Part shown: piece by piece, positions 36,181 to 45,329 of the stretch
Numbering within the stretch: position 1 is the stretch's first letter
Layout: the number at the start of each line of letters is the position of its first letter
Notes under the pieces: generated by a model
Databases searched by the model: none
What the model was told of the DNA's origin: nothing
What the model saw: only the letters and a program-made list of their open reading frames with translations
Position numbers and translations under genes: made by a program
Origin: Deltaproteobacteria bacterium
Lineage (GTDB): Bacteria; Myxococcota; Kuafuiibacteriia; Kuafuiibacteriales; Kuafuiibacteriaceae
Assembly: GCA_040218735.1 (NCBI GenBank)
Contig: JAVJQW010000041.1
Location: forward strand, 192,001 to 256,000
Length of the DNA: 64,000 nt
Reading direction: 5' to 3'

Positions 36181-38924
36181 GGTGCACCGCCCATCAGCGC
36201 GCCGACCCGGGCGTCGATCGTCGCGTAGTCCTCGATGCGGAGCACGTCGCGCCGGAGCCCGTCGAGGCGCCCGTCAACGGGCCAGGTCGTCGAGGCGCGC
36301 GCGCGGAGCTGCGTGTTCTTCGCGCGCTTCGTGACGCGGCCGCAGTCGACGGCGTGGACGTCGTCGGCGTCGATCGTGCTCGGTGCGTCGTAGTGCACGT
36401 CGCGTCGGTTGGTCTTGAGCGCAGTCTTGGTGCGGTAGATCAACGAGCGGGCGATGCGTGCGTTCGACGCGTTCTTCGCGAGGACGCCGACCTTCGCGCC
36501 GACGATCACACTCCCCACGACGCGGATGTCGGACTCTTCGCCCGCGGAGATCGCGTTGCTCTTGCAGTGAACGAGCAGCGCGTCGGTCAAACGGATCTCC
36601 GCGTTCATCAGGTCGAGGCATTCGTCTTCGGCGCCGAGTACGACCAGGCCGCGGACGTCCGCGGTGACGTGTTCGAGGTCGACCGCGTCGGTCGACGCGC
36701 GGACGATCGTGACCTCGTGCAGGGCGAGGCGGTCGACGTAGGTCGCGTGCAGCGCGTCGTCGGTGGTGGACTCGCGGATGCGCACGTCTTCGACGGTGAT
36801 GTCGTGGGTGTCGAGGACGGCGAGGGAGCCGCGGATCTCCGCGCCGTCGATGCGCGAGCCCGCGGTGGCGGGGCCGCGCAGGACGACGGGGCCGCCCGAG
36901 ATGTGGATCGGCCGCGTGGCGTCGCCGCGGAGCTCGACGCGGCCGAGGAACGTGACGTCGCCGTCGACGGTGAGCTCGGCGCCTGGCTCGACGACGACCG
37001 TGGTGTGGGCGCCGTAGCGTCGGTCGAGCCGCGCGGCGCCGGCGATGCGCACGGTTTGGGGCCGGGGCGCGGCGTCGAAGCGCCAGGGGTGCGGCGACGT
37101 CTCGCCCGGAGCGAAGCGCGGCACGGTCGTGATCGGGTCGCCTGTGTTGGACGCGAGCGCGACGTCGTCCGCGGTGATGCGCCGCCGCGTCGACGCGCCG
37201 GTGACTCGGCTCTCGAGCTCGACGTCGACGGCTTCGATCGTCTGACGCGGCGCACGGACGAAATAGCGGAAGACCCGCGGTCGGCGCTCCAGGCGAACGG
37301 AGCCCGCGACATCTTCGTCGCCGACCGCAACCAGGGTTGCGGCGGAGGTGAGGTGTGCCCGCGCCCAGGGACGAACCTCACCGACGCCCTCTGCGACGAG
37401 GGGGTCCGCGGGGCCGAGCGCGCCGTCGTCGTCCTCGTCGGCGTAGACCTCGAGCGCCACTTCGAGGCCGGGCGCGGTGAACGATAACACCTCGACCGAC
37501 TCCAGCCCGCCGACCTCGATCGCGACCGCGAACGCTTCGCCGGACGGCATCCCCGCGAAGCGCAGGCTGCGCGCTTCGAGGTGATCGCGGAGGAAGCGGC
37601 TGCGGCGCTCGTACGTCGACAGCTCCGCGCGCGACGCGGTCAGCCACCGGCCGACGTTCATCGGTCGCAGCATGAAGCGGTGGAACCGGGACGCGCGCGG
37701 GAGCAGCTTGTACGCGTCCCAGTACGGGTCGGCGGCGAGCTCGGGGAGGAGCGCTTCGAAGCGTCGGTCGACGTCGGCGCGCACCCGCGCGACGGACGCG
37801 GCGCCGTCGAGGAGCCGGTAGACGTGGCGGTCGCGCCTCCACAGGTAGTCGGGGAGCGCCTTGAGCCGGAGCTGGATCGGGCTCTCGGCGCGGTTGACGA
37901 ACGGCTCGTGGGAGAACGCGCGGAAGTCGCGCGCGATGGGCTCGAAGCGCTCGCGGTAGGGGTCGTAGTAGAGTTTCTGGTTCGAGTCGAAGTCGTGCTG
38001 GTCGCCGCCGAACACGACGTCGAGCGCGTCGAACAGCGCGAAGCGATCCAGATCGACATGGTCCGCGGCGTAGGTTGCGAAGTCGGCGTGCGAGGCGCCC
38101 CTGACCTTGGCGAGGAGCGTGTCGATCTCCGCGTAGTCCTCGCGCTGGGCGGCGGACGCCGCGCCGAACTTGCTCCACCCTCCGTGTGGTTCCTTCGCGC
38201 TCTTCTTCGCGAAGTCACCGGAGTACAGGCTCCCTGGCATGCGCGCCTGCCGGCGGAGCAGGCCTTCGTCGGGCTGTGCTTCGAACCGATACACACCGAG
38301 GTCCGCGTTGTTCACGCGCACGCGCACCGCGTGGAAGGCGGGGGAGAGGAGCCCGCCGTCACGGGCGAGGTCGAGGATGATCGACTCCTCGAACCCGAAC
38401 GGCGTCACGCCATTGAGGAGGTTGAACACCCGCACGCCGTCGACGAGGTCGCCCTTGTCGGTGCGCACCTTCATCGACTTCTGCACGCCGAGCGCGTGCC
38501 AGTGGCGGCGGCCCTGGTGCCGAACCTGCACGTCGTGAATGCGGCCGTCCTTGCGGAGCGTCGCGTCGACGTAGCGGCGTTTCTTCGTAGAGCGCGCGTC
38601 GGCCTCCAGCGTGGTGAGCGCGTCGGGGGCGAGCGCGAGCTCGAAGGTCGGGAGGGTCGACGGGTTCGGCGCGCCCGGGAGACGTAGGCGGCGAAGCTGC
38701 CGCGTGAGCTCGTCGTGCGCGAAGATCTGGAGCAGCTCGGCGTCGAGGGTGACGTCCGCCTTCACGTGGCGGCGGTACCTCTCGAAGCGGGCGTAGGCGG
38801 ACCAGGCGGACCAGGCGACGACGAAGACGATGGGGAGGCTGAGGATCAGGGCGGAGGACAGGCTGACGCGGAGGATCCGACGGCCCAGGCGCAGCGGCCG
38901 GCGTCGTATCGCGAAGGTCCTCAA
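36177..38924 (-). CDS. CotH kinase-family protein with C-terminal right-handed beta-helix
   Basis: N-terminal TM, KSMKV, FNL, VRVRVNNADLGVY.FE, H...NQKLYYDPYRERFEPI..DF, DEDDDG Ca-binding-like loop, DAVD/DECLD/AISAGE beta-helix rungs; start uncertain (TTG 38924). Confidence 0.82.
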   Translation of the reverse strand: MRTFAIRRRPLRLGRRILRVSLSSALILSLPIVFVVAWSAWSAYARFERYRRHVKADVTLDAELLQIFAHDELTRQLRRLRLPGAPNPSTLPTFELALAPDALTTLEADARSTKKRRYVDATLRKDGRIHDVQVRHQGRRHWHALGVQKSMKVRTDKGDLVDGVRVFNLLNGVTPFGFEESIILDLARDGGLLSPAFHAVRVRVNNADLGVYRFEAQPDEGLLRRQARMPGSLYSGDFAKKSAKEPHGGWSKFGAASAAQREDYAEIDTLLAKVRGASHADFATYAADHVDLDRFALFDALDVVFGGDQHDFDSNQKLYYDPYRERFEPIARDFRAFSHEPFVNRAESPIQLRLKALPDYLWRRDRHVYRLLDGAASVARVRADVDRRFEALLPELAADPYWDAYKLLPRASRFHRFMLRPMNVGRWLTASRAELSTYERRSRFLRDHLEARSLRFAGMPSGEAFAVAIEVGGLESVEVLSFTAPGLEVALEVYADEDDDGALGPADPLVAEGVGEVRPWARAHLTSAATLVAVGDEDVAGSVRLERRPRVFRYFVRAPRQTIEAVDVELESRVTGASTRRRITADDVALASNTGDPITTVPRFAPGETSPHPWRFDAAPRPQTVRIAGAARLDRRYGAHTTVVVEPGAELTVDGDVTFLGRVELRGDATRPIHISGGPVVLRGPATAGSRIDGAEIRGSLAVLDTHDITVEDVRIRESTTDDALHATYVDRLALHEVTIVRASTDAVDLEHVTADVRGLVVLGAEDECLDLMNAEIRLTDALLVHCKSNAISAGEESDIRVVGSVIVGAKVGVLAKNASNARIARSLIYRTKTALKTNRRDVHYDAPSTIDADDVHAVDCGRVTKRAKNTQLRARASTTWPVDGRLDGLRRDVLRIEDYATIDARVGALMGGAP

Positions 38925-39007
38925 CGGCCGGAGGATCCCCCGCGGGAGGTCTTGCGTGCAATTCGAAAGTCGACACACCGCGAACGAAGCGCGCAACATC
39001 GCCGGCC

Positions 39008-40792
39008 GTGACCAACCCACTCGTTTCGGACCGCGACGTCGCCTTCATCCTCGAGCACACGATCGATCTCGATCGCCTCTTGGAGTTGCCCTACTTCGAG
39101 GACCACTCGCGGGAGACGGTGACGCTCTACCTCGAGAACGCCCGGCGCCTCGCGCGGGAGGTCCTCGCGCCCGGCTACAAGGTGACCGACGAGGAGGCGC
39201 CGAACCTCGTGGACGGCAAGCTGCCGCTGCACCCCGAGATGCACAAGGCGATCGACGCGCTCGTCGAGCTCGGCGTCGTCACGGCGACGCGCCCCTACGA
39301 CCTCGGCGGCGCGCAGCTCCCGGCTGCGATCGCCGTGCTGGCGGAGTCCTACCTGATGGCGGGGAACCTCTCGGCGACGGCCGGCGTCGGCCTCACCACC
39401 GGCGCGGCGCGGTTGATCGAGACGTTCGGCTCCGAGGAGCTCAAGCGGAAGTTCATGGATCGAATGTATTCGTGTGAGTGGACCGGGACGATGGCGCTCA
39501 CGGAGCCGCAGGCGGGGAGCAGCCTCACCGACGTCGAGACGGTGGCGAAGCCGACCGACGACGGCCACTACCTGATCCGCGGCAGCAAGGTGTTCATCAG
39601 CGGCGGCGACCACGACGTGCGCGACAACATCGTGCACCTGACGCTCGCGCGCATCGAAGGCGCGCCGGCGGGCATCAAGGGGGTGTCGCTGTTTGCGATC
39701 CCGAAGCGCCGGGAAGAGGGCGGCGGGTTGGTCGACAACGACTGCACGACGGCCGGCGTGTTCCACAAGCTCGGGTGGCGTGGGCTGCCGAGCATCGCGT
39801 TGAACTTCGGCGAGAACGAGGACTGCCACGGGTGGCTCGTCGGTGAGCCCCACCGCGGCATCAAGTACATGTTCCAGATGATGAACGAGGCGCGGCTGAT
39901 GGTCGGCGTCTCGGCGATGGCGACGGCGTCGGTCGCGTATCAGCAGTCGCTCGTGTACGCGAACGAGCGTCCGCAGGGGCGGCGTCTGGGCGACAAGGAT
40001 CCGTCGAAGCCGCAGATTCCTATCGTAGAGCACGCGCAGGTGCGCCAGCTGTTGCTGCGGCAGAAGGCGATCGTCGAGGGCGGCATGGCGTTGGTCGCGA
40101 AGACGGCGTACTTCGCGGACCTCTCCGAGCACCTCGCGGACGAGACCGAGCGCCGCGAGGCGTTCCTGCTGCTCGACTTGCTCACGCCGATCGCGAAGAG
40201 CTTCCCCGCGGAGCGTGGGTTCGAGTCGAACACCCTCGCGATCCAGGTGCACGGTGGCTACGGCTACACGAGTGAGTACCTGCCGGAGCTGTTCTGGCGC
40301 GACCAGAAGCTGAACTCGCTGCACGAGGGCACGACGCAGATCCAGGGGCTCGACCTGTTGGGCCGCAAGGTCGTGCAGGACGCGGGCAACGCGCTGCGCC
40401 TCTTCGCGGGGCTGGTGGAGACGTCGGTCGCGAAAGCGCGCGAGGCCGGCGTCGAGGGCGCGTGGTGCGACAACGTCGCGACGGCGATGGGGGAGATCGT
40501 CGAGCTCACCATGCAGCTCGGCGCGAAGGGCATGTCCGGCGATCTCGACGGGATGCTCCTGCACAGCGCGAACTATCTGGAGGCGTTCTCGAACCTCGTC
40601 GTCGGGTGGGTTTGGTTGGAGCAAGCCACCGCTGCGAAGCCGAAGGCGGGCTCGGGCGACGGCTTCTACGAGGGCAAGCTGCGTGCGGCGCAGTACTGGC
40701 TCACGTCGGAGCTGCCGAAGAACACACTCCTCGTTCGCCTCGCGAAGGACGCCGAGAGCTCCTTCGCTCAGATGCAGTCGGACTGGTTTTAG
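39008..40792 (+). CDS. Acyl-CoA dehydrogenase (long form)
   Basis: GTMALTEPQAGSSL, IRGSKVFISGG, HKLG, MFQMMNEAR, IQVHGGYGY, HEGTTQIQGLDL. Confidence 0.95.
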   Translation: MTNPLVSDRDVAFILEHTIDLDRLLELPYFEDHSRETVTLYLENARRLAREVLAPGYKVTDEEAPNLVDGKLPLHPEMHKAIDALVELGVVTATRPYDLGGAQLPAAIAVLAESYLMAGNLSATAGVGLTTGAARLIETFGSEELKRKFMDRMYSCEWTGTMALTEPQAGSSLTDVETVAKPTDDGHYLIRGSKVFISGGDHDVRDNIVHLTLARIEGAPAGIKGVSLFAIPKRREEGGGLVDNDCTTAGVFHKLGWRGLPSIALNFGENEDCHGWLVGEPHRGIKYMFQMMNEARLMVGVSAMATASVAYQQSLVYANERPQGRRLGDKDPSKPQIPIVEHAQVRQLLLRQKAIVEGGMALVAKTAYFADLSEHLADETERREAFLLLDLLTPIAKSFPAERGFESNTLAIQVHGGYGYTSEYLPELFWRDQKLNSLHEGTTQIQGLDLLGRKVVQDAGNALRLFAGLVETSVAKAREAGVEGAWCDNVATAMGEIVELTMQLGAKGMSGDLDGMLLHSANYLEAFSNLVVGWVWLEQATAAKPKAGSGDGFYEGKLRAAQYWLTSELPKNTLLVRLAKDAESSFAQMQSDWF

Positions 40793-42501
40793 TGCGCCGA
40801 CTCCTGCTTACGCTCGCGCTCCTCGTTCCGTCGTCCGCCGAGGCCAGCGGCCTCGACGTCGCGAAATGGCTCCGTCGCCCTGGCGTGAAGCTCCTCGCGG
40901 TCGAGTTCTACGCGACGTGGTGCAAGCCGTGTATGGAGGCCGTGCCCCAGTGGAAGGCGCTCCACGAGCGGTACAAGAAGGACGGCCTGCGTCTGGTCGT
41001 CGTCGCGACGCAGGACCCGCAGGGCGGCTGCGTGAACCCGGGCTGGAACCCGGACGACGTGGTGTGTGACGACGAGGGCCTCCTCGCGGAGCGCTTCGGC
41101 GCCAACTCACTCCCGTCGGCGTTCCTGTGGACTTGGCAAGGTGGCTTGCTCGTCCGGCAGAAACACGTCGACGAGGTGGAGCGCAGCGTCGAGCGGTGGC
41201 TGAAGACGACGCCGCGGGTGGACGTCGGGGTCGAGGGGCTCCCGCGCGGCGTCGGCATCAACCGCGGCGCGCTCGAAGACCTGGTGCGCGCGCGGCTGCG
41301 CGACGAGGACAAACTGATCGTCGTCGCGAGCGAGGCGGAGCGCAAACAGCTCGACGTCATCCGGCGGCGGGCGTTGTCCGAGCGCTACGACCAGTCGTCG
41401 GCGTGTGAGATCGGGATGGAGCTGTCCGCGAACTCACTCCTGCAAGTCTCCGTGACGTCCGGGCGCCGGAAGCTCCTGCGCCTCGGGCTGCTCTCCGCGG
41501 AGAAGGGGTGCCTGATCGGTAGCGCGGTGGTGGACTGGAACGCCGCGAAGCCGGCCGTCGCGGTGGCGGAGGGCGTCGCCGAGCTGATGGCGAAGCTGCG
41601 CGCTCCGCCGCAGATGCCGTGGCTGAAGGACGCGTCGGGTCGCCAGACGAAGGCGCTGTCGTCGTACGAGCGCATGGCGCGGGAGCTCGAAGCGGAGAAG
41701 GCGCGGTCGAAGCGCCTCGAGGAGGCGTGGCGCGTGGTGAAGGACTTCGCGGCGGCGCGGACGATCGACCGGGCGCGGCGCGCGTCGGCGGTCGAGGGGT
41801 TCCTGAACGACTTCCCGAAGAACAACCCGCACGAAGGCGAGGCCCGGACGCTGCTCGCGACGCTGCGGCCCAAGGCGTCTCCGCCGCCTCCGTCTCCGCC
41901 TCCGCCTCCGCCGCCGAAGGCGGTGGCCTCGGGCGACCGGGACTTCGACGGGATCCGCGACGCCGACGACGTGTGCCCTACGCTCGCGGAGGATCGCGAC
42001 GGGTTCGAGGACGAGGACGGCTGCCCCGATCCCGACAACGATCGCGATGGCATCGCGGACACGGTGGACAAGTGCCCGGGGGCCCCCGAGACCAAGAACG
42101 GGTTCGAGGACGAAGATGGGTGTCCCGACCAGCCCAAGGTGGTGCGGGTCACGGGCCGCCGCATCGAGATCCTCGACAAGGTGTACTTCAAGCGGGGGCG
42201 GGCGACGATCCTGAAGAAGAGCCTGCCCACGCTCGACGACCTCGCGCGGACCCTGAAGAGCAACCCGCAGATCCGGAAGCTGGAGATCTCCGGGCACACC
42301 GACAACCGCGGCGCTTCGCGACTCAACAAGCTGCTCTCCGAACGCCGCGCGAAGGCCGTCCGCGTGTACCTGATGAAGCGCGGTGTCTCCGGCGATCGTC
42401 TCGTCGCCGTCGGCTACGGCGAAGAGAAGCCGATCGCCTCCAACGCCACGGAGGAAGGACGCGAGCGCAACCGGCGCATCGAGTTCTTCGTCCGCGACTG
42501 A
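40792..42501 (+). CDS. Exported thioredoxin (TlpA-like)-TSP3 repeat-OmpA fusion protein
   Basis: Signal peptide (AEA-S), FYATWCKPC, poly-Pro linker, DxDxDG..D..D.CP repeats, OmpA motifs GHTD, LSERRAKAV, GYGE..P, NRRIEF. Confidence 0.85.
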   Translation: MRRLLLTLALLVPSSAEASGLDVAKWLRRPGVKLLAVEFYATWCKPCMEAVPQWKALHERYKKDGLRLVVVATQDPQGGCVNPGWNPDDVVCDDEGLLAERFGANSLPSAFLWTWQGGLLVRQKHVDEVERSVERWLKTTPRVDVGVEGLPRGVGINRGALEDLVRARLRDEDKLIVVASEAERKQLDVIRRRALSERYDQSSACEIGMELSANSLLQVSVTSGRRKLLRLGLLSAEKGCLIGSAVVDWNAAKPAVAVAEGVAELMAKLRAPPQMPWLKDASGRQTKALSSYERMARELEAEKARSKRLEEAWRVVKDFAAARTIDRARRASAVEGFLNDFPKNNPHEGEARTLLATLRPKASPPPPSPPPPPPPKAVASGDRDFDGIRDADDVCPTLAEDRDGFEDEDGCPDPDNDRDGIADTVDKCPGAPETKNGFEDEDGCPDQPKVVRVTGRRIEILDKVYFKRGRATILKKSLPTLDDLARTLKSNPQIRKLEISGHTDNRGASRLNKLLSERRAKAVRVYLMKRGVSGDRLVAVGYGEEKPIASNATEEGRERNRRIEFFVRD

Positions 42502-42504
42502 CGC

Positions 42505-42726
42505 TCAACGCCGCCGGCCCTCGCGGGGGCCCTTCACCCGGTACAGGAACTCGAAGTCGTGCGCGGTCTTCTTCCACCGCCACTCCCTCGGGAGCTCCTT
42601 CGCATGCACCGGCCGTGGCCGCACGGACTCCGCGATTCGGGCCGCGATGGCGTCGGCGAGGCCGAGCACGAAGGTCAGCGCGAGCAGGAGCCCCAGCAGC
42701 CGGGGCGCGGTGCGTCGTGTCGTCAT
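42505..42726 (-). CDS. Small (73 aa) membrane/exported protein divergent from MocR regulator
   Basis: ATG start, hydrophobic helix, Trp/basic C-terminus; fills the gap between convergent stop and regulatory region. Confidence 0.55.
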   Translation of the reverse strand: MTTRRTAPRLLGLLLALTFVLGLADAIAARIAESVRPRPVHAKELPREWRWKKTAHDFEFLYRVKGPREGRRR

Positions 42727-42755
42727 GCAGTCGAGGTTCGGCGATCAGCTGTGAA

Positions 42756-42796
42756 CTAAACAGATACAGATTGTTCGAAATGTAACCTAAACAGAT
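42756..42796. promoter_or_regulatory. Putative MocR operator: direct repeat CTAAACAGAT x2 (31-bp period) plus tandem ACAGAT
   Basis: 42756-42765 and 42787-42796 identical; ACAGATACAGAT at 42760-42771; AT-rich patch between divergent genes. Confidence 0.65.
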
Positions 42797-42832
42797 GTCG
42801 ACAGCCGACCTCGTCCAGGTCACGATGGAAAC

Positions 42833-44248
42833 GTGTCGCGCGCCGATACCTTCCTGTACCAGCAGGTCCTCGAGACCGTTCGGGGGCGCATCGAGAGCGG
42901 CGCGCTGCGCGTCGGCGACAAGCTCCCCTCTCTGCGGCGGCTCTCGTCGGAGATGGACGTCAGCGTCCCCACCGTGCGGCAGGCGTACGTCGAGCTCGAA
43001 CGGGAGGGCCGCGTCGAGGCACGACCCAAGTCGGGTTACTTCGTCACGCCGACGGAGGCCCGCGGTCTCCTCCGCAAACACGGAAGGCAGCCGGCGCCGA
43101 CGAGCGTTCGCTGCTGTTCACTGATCGACGAGGTCTACGCCGGCGCCGCGCGCCCCGGTGTCCTGAACCTTGCGACCGCGAACCCGTCGATGGCGTGCCC
43201 GGCGACCAAGACGCTGCACCGCGCGATGAAACGCGTGATGAACCGAGCCGAGGAGCGAAGCCTCGCGTACGCCCCGACGGTCGGGGACCCGGCGCTCCGC
43301 CGACAGATCGCGTTCCGCTACCTCACGCAGGGCGGCTCGATCGATCCCGAGCAGGTCATCATCACCAACGGTGCGCAGGAGGCGCTCTCGCTCGCGCTCC
43401 GTGCCGTCGCAGGGCCGGGCGACGTCATCGCCGTCGAGAGCCCGTCGTACCACGGCCAACTCGAGATGATCGAAGCGTTCGACATGCTCGCGCTCGAGAT
43501 CGAGACCTGCCCCGAGGAAGGCATCGAGCTCGACGCCCTCGAACGCGCGTTCAAGTCGCACAGCGTGAAGGTGTGCATGTTCTCCTCGGCGATCAACAAC
43601 CCGCTCGGATCGAGGATGTCGGACGCCAAACGCAAAGCGCTGGTCGAGCTGTGCGAGCGCTACGGCGTCCCGCTGATCGAGGACGACGTCTACGGCGATC
43701 TCTCGTTCGACGGCTGCCGCCCGCACCCCGCGCAGCTGTTCGCGAAGAAGGGCCTCGTGGTGACGTGTTCGTCGTTCTCCAAGACCGTCGCACCTGGGTA
43801 CCGCATCGGGTGGCTCGTCGCGGACCGCTACCTCGCGCAGCTCGCCGCCGCGAAGCGCGCGAACTCGTGCTCCTCGGGCCTCCTGCAGCAGATGACACTC
43901 ACCGACTTCATCGGCTCCGGCGACTACGAGCGCTACCGCCTACGGCTGGTCGCAGCGTTGAAGCAGAACTCGATGTGCGGCTCCTCGGTCGTGGCGCGCA
44001 TGTTCCCGAAGGACACGCGGATGTCGCGGCCCCAGGGGGGCTCCGTGCTGTGGATCGAGGTCCCGGGCGTCGACTCCGTCGAGCTCTTCCGCGCGGCCCT
44101 CGGCGAGGGCGTCGCCATCATGCCGGGGACGATCTTCGCCGCGAAGAACCGCTACAAGAACTTCATCCGCGTGAGCTTCGGCTGCCCGTGGCCCGAGGTC
44201 GATCGCGGACTCGAGACACTCGGCGCGATCGCGACACGGCTCAGCTGA
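42833..44248 (+). CDS. GntR/MocR-family PLP-dependent transcriptional regulator
   Basis: LYQQV..GDKLPSLR.L..VS..TV.QAY..LE..G.V..RPKSGYFV wHTH; IITNGAQEAL, NNPLG, IEDDVY, SFSK..APG.RIGW. Confidence 0.95.
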   Translation: MSRADTFLYQQVLETVRGRIESGALRVGDKLPSLRRLSSEMDVSVPTVRQAYVELEREGRVEARPKSGYFVTPTEARGLLRKHGRQPAPTSVRCCSLIDEVYAGAARPGVLNLATANPSMACPATKTLHRAMKRVMNRAEERSLAYAPTVGDPALRRQIAFRYLTQGGSIDPEQVIITNGAQEALSLALRAVAGPGDVIAVESPSYHGQLEMIEAFDMLALEIETCPEEGIELDALERAFKSHSVKVCMFSSAINNPLGSRMSDAKRKALVELCERYGVPLIEDDVYGDLSFDGCRPHPAQLFAKKGLVVTCSSFSKTVAPGYRIGWLVADRYLAQLAAAKRANSCSSGLLQQMTLTDFIGSGDYERYRLRLVAALKQNSMCGSSVVARMFPKDTRMSRPQGGSVLWIEVPGVDSVELFRAALGEGVAIMPGTIFAAKNRYKNFIRVSFGCPWPEVDRGLETLGAIATRLS

Positions 44249-45329
44249 ACGTCCCGTCCGAAGCGAAGATCTCCGCGGGCGGGTCGTGGTGGATGAACGC
44301 CTGTGGGCTCGCCGTCAGGCCGTACGCGCCCCGCTCCGCGAACACGAACAGGTCGCCGACGCGCGGCGCCGCCACGCGATGATTACCAAACGTGTCCAGC
44401 GGCGTGCAGAGCGGTCCGCAGATCACGACGTCCTCCGGCGGCCCCGACCTCGACACGTTCCTCACGCGAGGCGGGTCACCGCCGACGTGGCCCGTCGCGA
44501 AGAGGTTGTGGTTCAGGCCGCCGTCCAACACCACGAAGCGCGTCCCGCGGCTGTCCTTCACGCTTACGACGCGCGCCACGTAGATCCCGGCGTCCGCGAC
44601 GAGGTGTCGCCCGAGCTCGAACCCCATCGTCGCCGCGCAACCGGTCGCCGCGCGGAACTTGTCGACGGCCGCGCCGAACATCGCGCCGAAGCGCTCCACG
44701 TCGAAGTCCGGCGTCCAGCCGCCGCCGAAGCTCACCCAGTCTACGCCGCCGAGGCGCTCCACCAGATCCAACGTCGCCGTCACGCTGCGCATCACGCCGC
44801 GCGGGCTGTCGATCACCGACCCCGCGAACACCTGAACGCCGATCGGATCGGGCAGCGCCCACAGCGCCTCCTCGTCCACGCCGAACGGCGAGGGCACGCC
44901 GCCCATCGCGACCCGGTACGCGTGCACCCGCGCCCGCGGATTCACGCGCACCGCGCGCGGCGCATACGTACCGATCCGGGCCCACTGGTCCTCGGACTCC
45001 GCGGTGATCCGTGCGCCCGCCGCCTGCGCCGCCGCGATCGCCGATGCCGTCTTGCCCGGACCGCTGAACGTCACCCGCTCCCCCGCGAACCCCGCCGACG
45101 TCGCGATGGCGAGCTCACGCGCCGACGAGACGTCGACACCGTCGAGGATCGGCGCGAGCGCCTCCGCGATCCGAGGGTGTGGGTTGGCCTTCAGCGCGTA
45201 CGCGATCGACGCAGGCACCGCGGCTTTCACCCGCTGGGCCTTCGCGCGGATCGCGTCGAGGTCGTAGAGGAAGAAGGGCGTCCCGAACCGCTCGGTGAGC
45301 GGCCCGAGGATCTCGGCGGTCGGCGTCAG
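44241..45329 (-). CDS. PLP-dependent decarboxylase, diaminopimelate/ornithine decarboxylase fold
   Basis: FGTPFFLYDL, YALKANP (PLP Lys), VDVSS..E, SGPGK, FGGG, ELGR, VLDGG, GPLCTPLD, GAYG; likely CTG start at 45329 (first GTG at 45230 truncates a conserved motif). Confidence 0.85.
   Translation of the reverse strand: MTPTAEILGPLTERFGTPFFLYDLDAIRAKAQRVKAAVPASIAYALKANPHPRIAEALAPILDGVDVSSARELAIATSAGFAGERVTFSGPGKTASAIAAAQAAGARITAESEDQWARIGTYAPRAVRVNPRARVHAYRVAMGGVPSPFGVDEEALWALPDPIGVQVFAGSVIDSPRGVMRSVTATLDLVERLGGVDWVSFGGGWTPDFDVERFGAMFGAAVDKFRAATGCAATMGFELGRHLVADAGIYVARVVSVKDSRGTRFVVLDGGLNHNLFATGHVGGDPPRVRNVSRSGPPEDVVICGPLCTPLDTFGNHRVAAPRVGDLFVFAERGAYGLTASPQAFIHHDPPAEIFASDGTFS

Noticed and set aside
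41878-42130. DNA-level repeats (CCGCCT runs; GGGTTCGAGGACGA twice)
   Set aside because: Explained by the poly-Pro linker and TSP3 protein repeats
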